From contig CM052824.1 of assembly GCA_028534125.1 (NCBI GenBank), forward strand, positions 57,412,001 to 57,476,000: a DNA stretch of 64,000 nt, written 5' to 3'. Positions 13,435 through 24,720 of the stretch are shown in pieces. Origin of the DNA: Lama glama (Eukaryota). A program made the translations under genes and the position numbers. A model generated the notes under the pieces. It did not search any database and had not been told where the DNA came from. It was given only the letters and a program-made list of their open reading frames with translations. The first letter of the stretch is position 1. Each line of letters opens with the position of its first letter.

Positions 13435-16101
13435 AGTATAAATACATATGTAATAGTTGCAGAGTTTGGGGAGAGGTGTAGAAGGATTTCAGGTGGTTCC
13501 AAACCCTCAGTTTATAGTCTGAGGGACACCCTCTCGAAGTTTGCTCCTAGGCCCCCTGCAGGTTTGCCCTTTTGCGTCTGCAGTTGGACATTACTTTCCG
13601 AAAGGAGAGAGTGCACAGCGACCCAGCCCCGGGAGCTCCGCGCAAGCCAGTAGGAAGTGCGGCCGGTTTCATAACACGGCCCATTCACAATTCCCCATTG
13701 AAAGTGGAGGCAGGTCACCTGCTCTGAATGCACAAAGACACTATTGTGGCCACAAGGGAGCTGCCTTGGTGAACACAATTCTTTTTATACTACAGGATTT
13801 TTTTCCTCCAGAAAGCTAACAAGTCGGTGATGGAAACAATGACTAAAAAAAATAACTTTTTCTAGAACGCACAAATAATGTTAAGGGGCCATTGAAATGG
13901 AAGTTTAGGATTCCGAGGCAATCGCAGCCCAGGCGATAGTTACACAATCATCCTGTTGAAAGCTGAGATTTAGATGGCATTAGGAGGCTGACACACAGTA
14001 ATTACTGGTCGTTCTCGTCAGCTTGCAGACAGGTGGGGGTTGGGCCTCCAGAATCCCCCGCAGCGTTTCCCTGTAATCAGGACGGGTGATCTTCAAACGT
14101 GTGCTTTCAAACCACTTAAATGCCATATTCTCCTTCCTATCTGGCCTTCCATTTTTGCATCACCACACTCCCTGCAGCCCTCCTGCCGGTGCTTGTAGAT
14201 TGCTTTGAAAAAGCACCACAAACCGCAGGGCAGGGACAGGGAGGGAGGGTCTAGCAATTTTTTCGAAAACTTGGTATTTTACATTTTTCTTACAGCTTCC
14301 ACCTGATTCTGGTGAAGTAAAAACACATTGGTTTTGCTTCTCATCTAAAAACCCAACAGTGAGGAAGACGTCGCAGGAATTTAGATCTGAACTGATGGAT
14401 TCTTCCCCCCTTTTCTTAATCCCTTGTCTTTAGAGACTGACTAAAGAAGGATAATGCTCGACCATTTGAAATAATATTTTAAAGCTGTTTAAATCTCTGC
14501 CTAGTATATTGAAATAGCTGACTTGGGGAAAGTAAAAAGCTGAGAGAATAGGTCATTGGGCCCCTTCCTCCTTACTTTGTCACTGAAACATTACCCTCTC
14601 CATTCCTTCTTATGTGAAAAAAATGAATATTGCAAGTAGTTTTTTAGAGCCTTAGCTACAGAAGCCCCTGTGCCTTCAGTGCTGTTCACGCCCAGGTGAC
14701 ACTGACGATGATAATAATTAGGCGGTATTGTCCAGAGCTTCATCCACAAACGTCCACTTACTGAGCACCTGCCAGTGTTCCAGGTAGTGACAATGAATGA
14801 CTGGGACATGACCCCTTTCCTGGGCTCACAGTATTGTTCTGGCAACAAAACGATGCCCTGTATGCCCCTCCCCGTGTCTCAGCACATGTCCCACTCATCT
14901 GTGTCATCCTCTGTCCTCAGCCCAGTGCCCCCAGCTCTCAGTCTGTGCAAAAATATTTGTCAAGAGAACACGAAAGCGTCATAAAGCATATAGACACATC
15001 GCCAGAGGGGTCATTGTGACTCGGAGAAGTTGACAGACGATGTTCTGAACTTACTCTAAGCAGACATGACTATCTGAGATGGCAAAGACGGATGCGAATG
15101 AACACCTCTGTAATGAGTATGGAAAGTTCACCAGAGGCAGTAGCGATGGGGGACTCCAGAACACCTGATGAGGGCATGGAGGGGCCCAAAATGGAGGAAC
15201 CACTGGCTTAAAAGAAACTGTACTTACCTCGGCCCTGTAACCCCTGCCTCACAGCTAGGCGGGACAGAAAAGACGAGGCACTTCATGAGGGGGAATGCGG
15301 GGAATGCACTCTTAAGTTTGCCTTTCAAAAGGGGGGAGGACGCTGTCCAGGCCTCCGCTGAAGCAGTCATCCTGCAGAACTTGATTTTTACGGGAGGATG
15401 GAAATTAGTGTCTTTGTATATAACTCTTTCTTCATTCTCGAACAAGTGATAATTGGAGAGCTTGTCTTCCCGTGGCCCACCCTGAAATACAGAATCCAAA
15501 GAAATGCTAGGCTCCTGGGTAATTGGGGGCCGTCCACAGACTCTTGCTTAATCAAAGCGTTGGGTTCAGTGACTCTTAGTGCTGCAGTATTGAATATGGT
15601 AATTTCCGAAAGTACCTTTTTATCCTGGGGGAGAAGGAGCCCCACGCCCTGCACAGCCGCACTGGAAGGTCGCTTTCCCGGGAGGCTGGAGGAATACTTG
15701 TTTGCTTTGGCAAGTGAGCCTGGTTGGCTGTACAGCTGGTCAGCTCTGCAGCGGGTCTGCCGTAGCTGGCGACGGATTATTTCTCATTTGCTGAACACGC
15801 TTCAAATCTTGGATCAGTATTTACCCCCTCCCCAATTAATTATTTTTAATGTCTGCTTTTAAATACCCTCATGAAAAGGAAGAATCAGTGAATGTAAAAG
15901 TGTCAGAATTGAGTGAGAGTCCACAATTGAATGTTTCTATTCAGCAGCCCCCAAAATGACTCCTCTTCACTAGTCCGGCGTGTTTCTGAATCATTTCCTT
16001 TACTCGCTCGTCCTTGTCACACCCTCTAGGGAATGAAAGCAACTGGCTGACTACACATCCCTGGGCTTCACCAGTCTGAAGACATCCCCAAGTAAGGCAC
16101 C

Positions 16102-16223
16102 ATGTCCACAGCAGGAGTGGCTGCTCAGGAGGTCAGAGTCCCGTTAAAAACCGGATTTCTGCACCATGGCCAAGCCATGGGGAGTCTGAAGGCCTGCTGG
16201 GGCAGCCGCAGCGAGTTTGAAAA
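16102..16223 (+). CDS. ERRFI1: ERRFI1 exon 2 coding part (exon starts at 16030): [40 protein letters not shown]...
   Basis: Acceptor CTCTAG|G at 16029/16030, ATG in context GCACCATGT, donor AA|GTAAGT. Matches the MIG6 N-terminus (CRIB-like region). Confidence 0.95.
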
Positions 16224-16333
16224 GTAAGTTGAAGACAGGACGCCACTGGGATCCATGGACGGCGGTGCTGGAAGGAGGGAGAGGAGGTGGCTCCTGCCTG
16301 TTTCTGACCAAGATGTCTCTCTTTTTCTTTCAG

Positions 16334-16410
16334 TAGCTTTTTAAATATTGACCCAGTAACCATGGCCTACAGTCTGAACTCTGCCACCCCAGGCCACCTG
16401 ACGTCCATCG
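16334..16410 (+). CDS. ERRFI1: ERRFI1 exon 3 (77 nt): (N)SFLNIDPVTMAYSLNSATPGHLTSI(G)
   Basis: Polypyrimidine tract plus CAG acceptor, donor G|GTAGGT. Phase fits exons 2 and 4. Confidence 0.93.
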
Positions 16411-17177
16411 GTAGGTGTTCCAAAAACCCCGGCGGAGCTGGCGCTCAGAGCAGAAGCTGGCAGCCGAGGGTGCTGGTTTGTGCTCCAGCGTCACTTTCTG
16501 CCTGAGGAAGTGACTGCGCCGGCTCCGGCAGGAGTCTGACCCCTAGTGGCAGCAGACTCCGCAGATGACCACGTCTTTAGACTTGTCTGCCCGCTCCTGA
16601 GTCACCCATTCTTCATGCCACTCATCTGTGGACACGTGATTTTCTAAAATTAAGAATGAAGTTCTCATTTCCGTTCTGATCTCTACTTTTAGAAGCCTTG
16701 GACAGGGCCTCTCATCTTCCTCACTAGCACTGAATGCCTGTTTGAAAGTGGGGAAGTAAATGAGTCCCTTATTGCCGGGGGCCGCGTGTCGGCCTGCGGG
16801 CGAGGCCACCGGCCGGCAGCCCGCGTGGGGCAGGGTGAGTCCGGGCCTTCGCTGTCCCGCCCTGCGCGCGGCGCGGCCGCCGCGTAAATTACACGCTGCA
16901 CACCTTCTGCCGGTTCTGCGCACGTCACCCGACCTGTCTGAGGCGTGGGGGTGTGCGCGTGCACATGTCCAAGGCAGATAGAGGAGATAATTTGTTCTTT
17001 GAACCAGATCATGTGCGTTCCCAACCTCTGGGCTCTAATTACCCCCGCGGTTGTTGCCTGGGTGTTCCCCGCGCTCCAGCCTCTCAGAGCCACCGGAGCC
17101 TCCGGCGGCCGGGGTCTGGCCCCAGGGTGGGTAGAGGGGCGCGGTCGATCTTTGCTAACCTGTCATGTTCCTCATAG

Positions 17178-18352
17178 GGTCCGCGTCCAGATCTGCCCCG
17201 ATGCACGGCAGCCACTTTGCAGAAAGTGGCCCCTCGCGGAAGCCCAGCCTGCCCCCTCTCATCATCCCCCCGAGTGAGGGCTGGGGGCGCCAGGAGGAGG
17301 ATCCGGTGGTCTGTGGATTTAAGAAGCTCTCGGTGAACGGGGTGTGCGCAGCAACGCCTCCGCTCACCCCCATCAAGAACTCCCCGGGCCTCTTCTCCTG
17401 TGCCGGCCCCTGTGAGCGGGGCTCCAGGCCCCTGCCGCCGCTGCCCATCTCCGAGGACCTCTCCCTGGACGAGACCGACTGCGAGGTGGAGTTCCTGACC
17501 AGCTCGGACACGGACTTCCTGCTGGAGGACTGTGCGCCGGGTGACTTCAGGTCCGACGGCCCGGGCCGGCGCAGCTTCCGTGGGTGCGGGCAGATCAACT
17601 ACGCCTACTTCGACACCCCGGCCGTTTCCGCGGCCGACCTCACCCAGGCGCCCGACCGCGCCGCGGGGGCGCCGGGGGCAGACCCCGCTCCGCCCCAGGC
17701 CCACCGGAGACTGAGAAGGTCGCACTCGGGGCCGGCGGGCTCCTTTAACAAGCCAGCCATCAGGGTCTCCAGCTACGTCCACAGAGCCTCCCCGACCTCC
17801 GACGAAGACAAGCCTGAGGTGCCCCCGCGGGTCCCCCTCCCTCCCCGGCCGGTGAAGCCCGACTACAGGAGGTGGTCGGCCGAAGTGACGTCCAGCACCT
17901 ACAGCGACGAGGACAGGCCTCCCAAAGTCCCGCCGAGAGAGCCTCTGTCCCGGAGTAACTCCCGCACCCCGAGCCCCAAAAGCCTCCCGTCTTACCTCAA
18001 TGGGGTCATGCCCCCCACGCAGAGCTTTGCCCCAGACCCCAAGTACGTCAGCAGCAAGGCCCTGCAGAGACAGCACAGCGAGGGAGCGGCCAGCAAGGTT
18101 CCCTGCATCCTGCCCATCATCGAAAACGGAAAGAAGGTGAGTTCGACGCATTATTACCTGCTGCCCGAGCGGCCGCCCTACCTGGACAGATACGAGAAGT
18201 TTTTTCAGGAAGCAGAAGAAACACACGCCATCCAGCCACTGCCCGCCGACTGCGGGGTCGTGTCAGGCACGGAAAAGCCGGACTCGAAACCAAAGACGGA
18301 CATGGGGGGCCATGGGAAGCGCAAACATTTATCCTACGTGGTTTCTCCTTAG
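17178..18352 (+). CDS. ERRFI1: ERRFI1 exon 4 coding part: RED acidic region, 14-3-3 site RSHSGP, proline-rich motifs, EGFR-binding region with HYYLLP, C-terminus YVVSP*
   Basis: ORF 17165..18352 is clearly MIG6 ([60 protein letters not shown]). Acceptor CATAG|G at 17177/17178. Confidence 0.98.
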
Positions 18353-19777
18353 ACTCTGGGGTCCCGGCTCAGCAGAGCTGCCGTAGGAGCAGACGGTCCC
18401 CCAGCAGGTGTCCAGCAGGATCGAGGCCCACAGGAGGGAGGCTCACATTGCAGGATGAAAGAGCTGAACTCTCCGCCTGAAAGACGAGGGCTGGGAGCGT
18501 CGTGAGGTGCTGTCACGTGAGGACCACGGTCGGTCGTGTGAGCATCAAGTCTGTGACTTAAAGATGTGATTCAGGGAGAGCAGGAGGGGGACTTCTGTGC
18601 ACACACGTTATATACCTATGTATTCACTCATGGTGTAATCATAGACACTAGTTGCAAGTTAACCCCTTAGTTACTATCTTAGAGTAATATATATTCAGAA
18701 TGAGAAAAACTCAAGCTGGAGGATGGCTCCCAAAAGACTGAAAATAGAGCAAAGGGAAGCAAATACAGTATTGTTTAGATCAGAAACATAAATTTTTTTT
18801 GTTGTTGTCTAGTGTGAAGATTTCTGAGTCTGTTATATTTTTGTTTCATTTATTTTTTACAGACAGTTCTTCACGGAGGGCAGGCCGTCCAGCCTGCCTG
18901 TGATTTAACCTGCCTCGTTTAAAAATCGTCCCAAGACCCAGAGGCTTTAGGTCCTGCTCTCTGTTTTGTTGAGGGGAGGGATGGCAGCATGTTTGGTACC
19001 ATAGTCCCACCTGTCTATGTCTCACATCTTGAAAAATGGGACGAGACAGAATTAGTAAACCATTGTTCCTTACAGTCCCTGCTTTACTCCCCCCATGGAA
19101 ACCGTGGGGCGCATGGATGCCCAGGGGAGAGCAGACTCTTCACCAGGGTTGAGGATGTCAGCTGAGGTGATGATGAAGGTCAGCCACGTGACTGGGAGTA
19201 TCCATGTGGGGGTGTGTGTTGTGTTTTTGGCTCTGGGTTTTTTCTCCCCCCTTTTTTAGACTGTCTGAATAAACAAATACAACACAAGCTGGCCTTGTGT
19301 TGCTGGTTCCTTTTCAGTATTTCCTGGGGATTGTTTGGTTTTTAAGTAAAACACTTCTGATCAAGAGCCCAGTAGGTCACATCAGCACCTGCTTGCAAGG
19401 CCCACGGCCGCTGCTTCCCTCGGATTCAGCGAGACACAGCGCTTGCGCTGGGATTCTCACACCTCAGCTGCGTTTATCTCGTGCGCAGAAGCACAGAGCA
19501 GAGGCGCGCGCTCGCTCCCGGAGGCGTGCGGCTACAGTGTTCACAGGTAAACGACCTGTTTACGGTTGAAACTGCTGAGCGATACTGTTTGAGCTATTTA
19601 AAGCTTTTATTTTAGTATGAACTAAATGAAGGTTAAAACATGCTTTAGAAAAATGCACTGATTTCTGCATTCTCTGTACAGTATTGGACAAAGGATTTTA
19701 TTCATTTTTGTTGCATTATTTTGAATATTGTCTTTCCATTTTAATAAAGTTATAATACTTATTTATGACACCATTAA
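18353..19777 (+). other. ERRFI1: ERRFI1 3'UTR with AATAAA at 19268-19273 and 19743-19748
   Basis: AU-rich distal segment, miRNA seed matches, and a terminal AATAAAGTTATAATACTTATTTATG. Confidence 0.8.
19743..19748 (+). terminator. ERRFI1: ERRFI1 main polyadenylation signal
   Basis: AATAAA at the end of the AU-rich UTR block. Confidence 0.8.
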
Positions 19778-22700
19778 CAACGTTTCTTGCCTAAACTCTT
19801 ACAAAATTTGATGTCTCGAGTAATAATGACACTGGCCAGTTTTAAGCACTAGGGAAGGTTCTATGCAGTTTAATATACACTTGAAATGTACCGTCATTCC
19901 CTAAGATGACAGATAACTTGAGCAGTTTGTATTGAAATACACAAAACACACTGAAAACGAACTGTTTGTATTTATTTGCCTTTAACAACTAAGGAGGCGA
20001 ACTTGGACTGGTGCTGGTCTGTTACTCTCAAAATAGGGTCCACCTAGGGAGGGGCGTCCCACCCCACCGGCTGTCGCAGGAACGAGTGGCTCTGGTGAGG
20101 GCCTGATGTGACTCATTTTGAGTTTTAGGACTGGGTCCCAGTTGCTCTCGGCCCTTGGGGAGGCTCTGCTTCTTGCTTGATGTGAGGCCCCAAACAAGCC
20201 CAGCCTCCCTGGCCTCTCATGGAGACAGCGAGTCACACCTCCAGGAGGTGGGAGTGAGCTGGGATGCTGTTTGCCAGGGCATTTGTCCCGTGTCACCAGG
20301 CCCTTTGCTTTATTCTCTTCCGTTTCCTCTGTCCTGTCACTGAAATCCAGCTGCCCTGCCTCCTGCTCTGAACACGCCCCTGGTTCTCTGTGATCTGAAC
20401 TGCACACCTGCCTGGGCTCGGTTCCCTCCAGAGTCGAGGGTGAGGCCTCAGAAGTGGAAGATGTGGGCTGAAAGTGCCACTCCAGATCTTTCTAGTTCGG
20501 TGTCAGGCAGACCCTTCGAAGTCTCTACCTCAGTTCCCCCACTGATGAAAGGGGAGGGGGCTGATACGTGCGAGTGGGAATTACCTGTGTCAGCTGCACA
20601 CGGACCAGTGATCGGTACATAGTGAGGGCCCCGTACAGGAGCTACGTGATTGGTACCCACAAGCACCCCGACGGTTTGCATGATTTCTGGCGTTTCACAG
20701 ACGAAGAAATGGGCTTGCGGGGGTTCATTCAACAGACATTTGTTGAATAACAGCCACACGCTAGATCGTGGGAAACACATGTGCCCTCCTGGAATAGAAA
20801 GCAACACGTAATGACAATTTGTGGTAAATGCTAAGGAGTGCGCGGCGGTGGGGACAGTGACAGAGGGGCTCTCACCTCTCCGAGGCCATCAGCTCTGAAG
20901 GGCTGGAACCAGAGCTGAAGGAGGCAGGAAACCAGGGTGTGTGAGCTCGGAGGCTGGAGGAAAGCTGGGCGTCCTCCAGGGGCCGGGGGCTGGAGGTTGT
21001 GTGGTGAGATGGACAGTGGGAGACCTCAGCGGGGATCAGTGGGGTAGGATTTGTTTCCAAAAAGACAAGTGCTGTTGAATGGAGACCAGGCGGGGAGACT
21101 TAAGGGCGGAGGCTGTCAGAACTGAGATCCGCACGTCAGGTGCCGAGAGGGAGAAAAACTGGCTTGGAAGATACTTCGAGGTAGAAACAGGAGGTTCGAG
21201 GCCTCAGGGGAGGCAGGCCCAGGGTGCATGTGCTCCCAGGGACTCCCGATGGCGGCACCGCCTCTGCTCCACCTGCATCTCAGGTCCGCGTCTGTCGCCG
21301 CTTCGTCACCTCCAATGCCTTGTGTTCGCACGGTGGTCAAAACTCCGTGTTTGCTTTCCTCTCACCTTCGTGTTGTCCCTTGATTTTTCGAGAATGTTGT
21401 CTTTTCCTTCCTTCTTCCTGGCCAGCGCCCCACGACTAGAATGCTGTCACAGCACTGTTGGGTAGCTCCGTCCTCGGCCAGCGCGCGGAGCAGACTGAAT
21501 TCTAGTTCCCCTGGGCTTGGTCAGCCCTGGCCGGGCCCTCAGTGCTGCTGAGACCGCTACCAGTGGGGAGACAGTGGCTCTCAGCTGCCCCTGGGTGCCC
21601 CATTGGGTCCTCTCTCGAAGACAGGCATTACCTAGTGACAGGGATCTGGCCTCCAGTCAGGACCTGCGGCCTCCAGGCTCAGCCTCCCACCTCTTCCACA
21701 AAGGATGCCCTGAGCTTCCCGGAGCCTCCCTTCCCCGTCCATGTGAGGCCACGGCAGAGTAGGGCCCGGTCCTGTACAAATGGAAGGACGTTATTAGGGA
21801 CTGTTTCATAACAGAAAAAAACAGAAGCTAACTAAATTCAAGAGGACGTTTTTGTAAGTCAACCCCAGCCTGGCTAATATCTAGCTCCAGGTCCTCCTGG
21901 GCTGCAGTCGTCAAGTGTGCGCTGCGGATCTGCTTAAATTTCACGTGCTGATGGGCATTTGATCTTGTTTATATGCTTCTCTTTAGGACTCACAGGATGT
22001 CTTAACTATGTTAGACATCTCTTCAAGAACTCTCTTCAAGAGGATGTTTCTTCCATGCTAGGGGCCCTAGTCGAAACCAGAGCCACAGATTTTTCTTGAG
22101 CAGCTCATAGTCGGAGAGAAGAGAACTAAATATGTCTACCGATTCAAGAATCCAAATGTATATTGAGCTGTTCTCTATTTCAGCTCTTAATTTCATCATA
22201 GAGTTTATTGTTTTAGGGCATATGGAGACTTTCTCTTGAAAATATGCTCCTAGCGTTATTTTATACGCAGCTTTTTTTTTTTACTTTATTTTGAGATTAC
22301 TTGTAGATTCATAAGTTTCAAAGACAGTACAGAGAGGTCCCTTGTACCTGTTACCCGGATTCCCCCAGTGACAATCATATAATCATAGTCCATTTATCAA
22401 AACGGGGAAACTGACGTCACTGTACTCAAAGTGCTTTCATTAGCAGCAGTTACTGTCAAAATGGACTTGGGTCATACTTTTTAAAATTAACTCAGACATT
22501 CATTTTGGCATTCTGTTAGGCATTTTGTGAAAAGCTAATAAAGCTTTAAAAATAGGCTGCCACATAAAAACGTCTACATTATGGTAATGGCAAGTGAGAA
22601 GACCACACTGACACATGCTAACTTTTGACCTGCCAAGATTTTCCGCACGATTCGTTTGCATCAGCTCTAGTGAGGATATTTCTTCACACTCAGAGGATTC

Positions 22701-24570
22701 GTGAGTGATCTTTCCCTTCTTGACGTTCCACATCTTCAATCCAAAACGGACGCAAACCATGAATTTCTAAACCAGTGCTAACCCTCGGGGTATTCTTGTT
22801 CTTAAGTAAGTTTGGATCAAACTAAAATCCACTCAGACACTTGCCTGCTCTGCAGACTAGATCGTGTGACCAGTGTTCTGGCCCTTTTCCTCTCCACGTT
22901 GAATCCTACAACTTTTAAGACAAGTTTGGGGGTTTTATCTGAGGAAGTCGAGAGAGGAGAGGATAGGGTAGAAGGTTCAAAGTTGTCCGAACTTGGTCAA
23001 CCTCTCTTTTTACTTCTTGCAACTAAGTGAGATCATGTAATTCAAGCATGTCTAATGCAGTCGGAGGGTGTTAATGTGCTGCTTTCTTTTCACATGAATG
23101 TATCAAACTTTAAGATACTTCTGCCTCAGCGGCTGAGATCTGTTACTAGAACGTGTTTAGACAAGCTCACCTCAGCCTTCCTGGGATCTGCCCAGAATTC
23201 AGTGGCGAATATACATGGCGTGTGTGTTTTCCTGCACCTGCAGGAACGCTTCACAGCAGAGCAGGCCTGCCGGCCCTCTGCGCCTCAGGTCCACCGCCAC
23301 CTGGCAGGGCAGCAGGTGGGGTCTGCGATGGGGAGGGGATGGGGATGGTCAGAAAGGCCCGGAAAGACAGCTGCTAGCAGACCGTTGGGCTTCCACGTGC
23401 CTCTCCTATGCTGTCATCCCTCACCCTGTGATTCCACAAAACTGCCAGGAACCCCGAGCAAGCCCGCCCGTAACAAGTTCACGAAAACAGCATCCTTGAC
23501 AAATGTCAGCCTTCTCCTTCCCCCACCCTGCCCTCACCCAACCTACAAAGCAGGCAGTGGGAGCAACGGCTGCTTATCACCAAGGGGGCCAGGCCTTGGG
23601 AATGTCCGTGTATGAGTCCACTTGGCAGCACCTTCATTCCTCGGAAATAATGTTGGATCCAAGTCAAATAAACCTCTTCATCGCGTACTTCGTGCATGTT
23701 TCTTCACTTCACCGTCAGGAGGGAGGGGCCAGCGCCTCCCCCGGGACGGCGTGACTTCGGTACACTCCCCTCTTGGGTAAGGCAGGCTGAGTCTGTCTGG
23801 CCTGGGCCCTGAGCTGCCTCTGGCGCAGCACGCAGGCAGCTGCACGTGCCAGCTCCCAGGGTGCTCGCAGGCCCGCGTGTCCTGTACGCCGTTTTCTGTT
23901 TCGTGATGGATCACAGTTCTTGGATAAGCAGAAGCCGGGGCCAGATCCCAAGGTTGCGGGAGGCCCCGGAGCCCGGCTCCAAGGCTCTAGGCTGCAGAGG
24001 GAACTTGAGCACCCACAGCAGCCCAGACACATGATAAGACTTGTCTGCGTATCATCCTGGCCCGGGAGCCTCTAATTACACGTCTGGGGCTTGCAGGAGC
24101 CCAGGTGGCCCAGCTCACATGATCCCAGAACTGTGAAGATAGCGCGGACACGGTTCTCACTGCCCGCGCAGCCGGGTAGGGGAGGCACCTCCAAGCCCCG
24201 TGCGTCATTTCAATACAAATTTAATAACCGCACGCCAAAGACAGCAGATGTCCATTTAACCAGACAGCTCTTCTCCAAGCCCCGCTACAGTTTTATCTTC
24301 CCACCAAGGTTCCAAGTCCTACCTTTTTAGTCTTTCCTTCTCAACTTTCCACCTGCCCACTTGACCCAGCACAGCAGAAACCTGCTGAGCACCACAGCAG
24401 AGTTAGTGCAAAAAAACACAATCTCGGGTCCCCAGGCAGCCGTGTGTTCCTCCACACAGTGTAGCTCTGGCCGGCGAGGTGGCCCCCGTGATGGAATTTT
24501 AGCTGACTGAACCTGTTCCCAGATTTCCTTGACAGTATTCACAGCCACCAGTCATCAGAAACTTGCTGCA

Positions 24571-24720
24571 GGGGGAGGGGATAGCTCAGTGGTAGAGCAC
24601 AGTGCTTAGCATGCACGAGGTCTGGGTTCAATTCCCTGGGACCTCCATTAAAAGTAAAAATACATAAATAAGCATAATTACCCACCACCAGCCCCCTCCC
24701 CCACTTCCCCCGCCAACAAA
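24571..24720 (+). mobile_element. Vic-1-like SINE
   Basis: GGGGGAGGGGATAGCTCAGTGGTAGAGC...GGTTCAATTCC. TSD-like AGAAACTTGCT / AGAATACTTGCT. Confidence 0.85.

Larger units (their letters stand above)
6525..19777 (+). other. ERRFI1: ERRFI1 (MIG6/RALT/Gene 33) transcription unit, 4 exons
   Basis: The exons splice with GT-AG boundaries into an intact 457-aa ORF matching MIG6. Confidence 0.95.

Noticed and set aside
17084-18226. 380-aa antisense ORF opposite ERRFI1 exon 4
   Set aside because: It mirrors a GC3-rich coding exon, which depletes stops on the opposite strand. It has no ATG start or recognisable domain.
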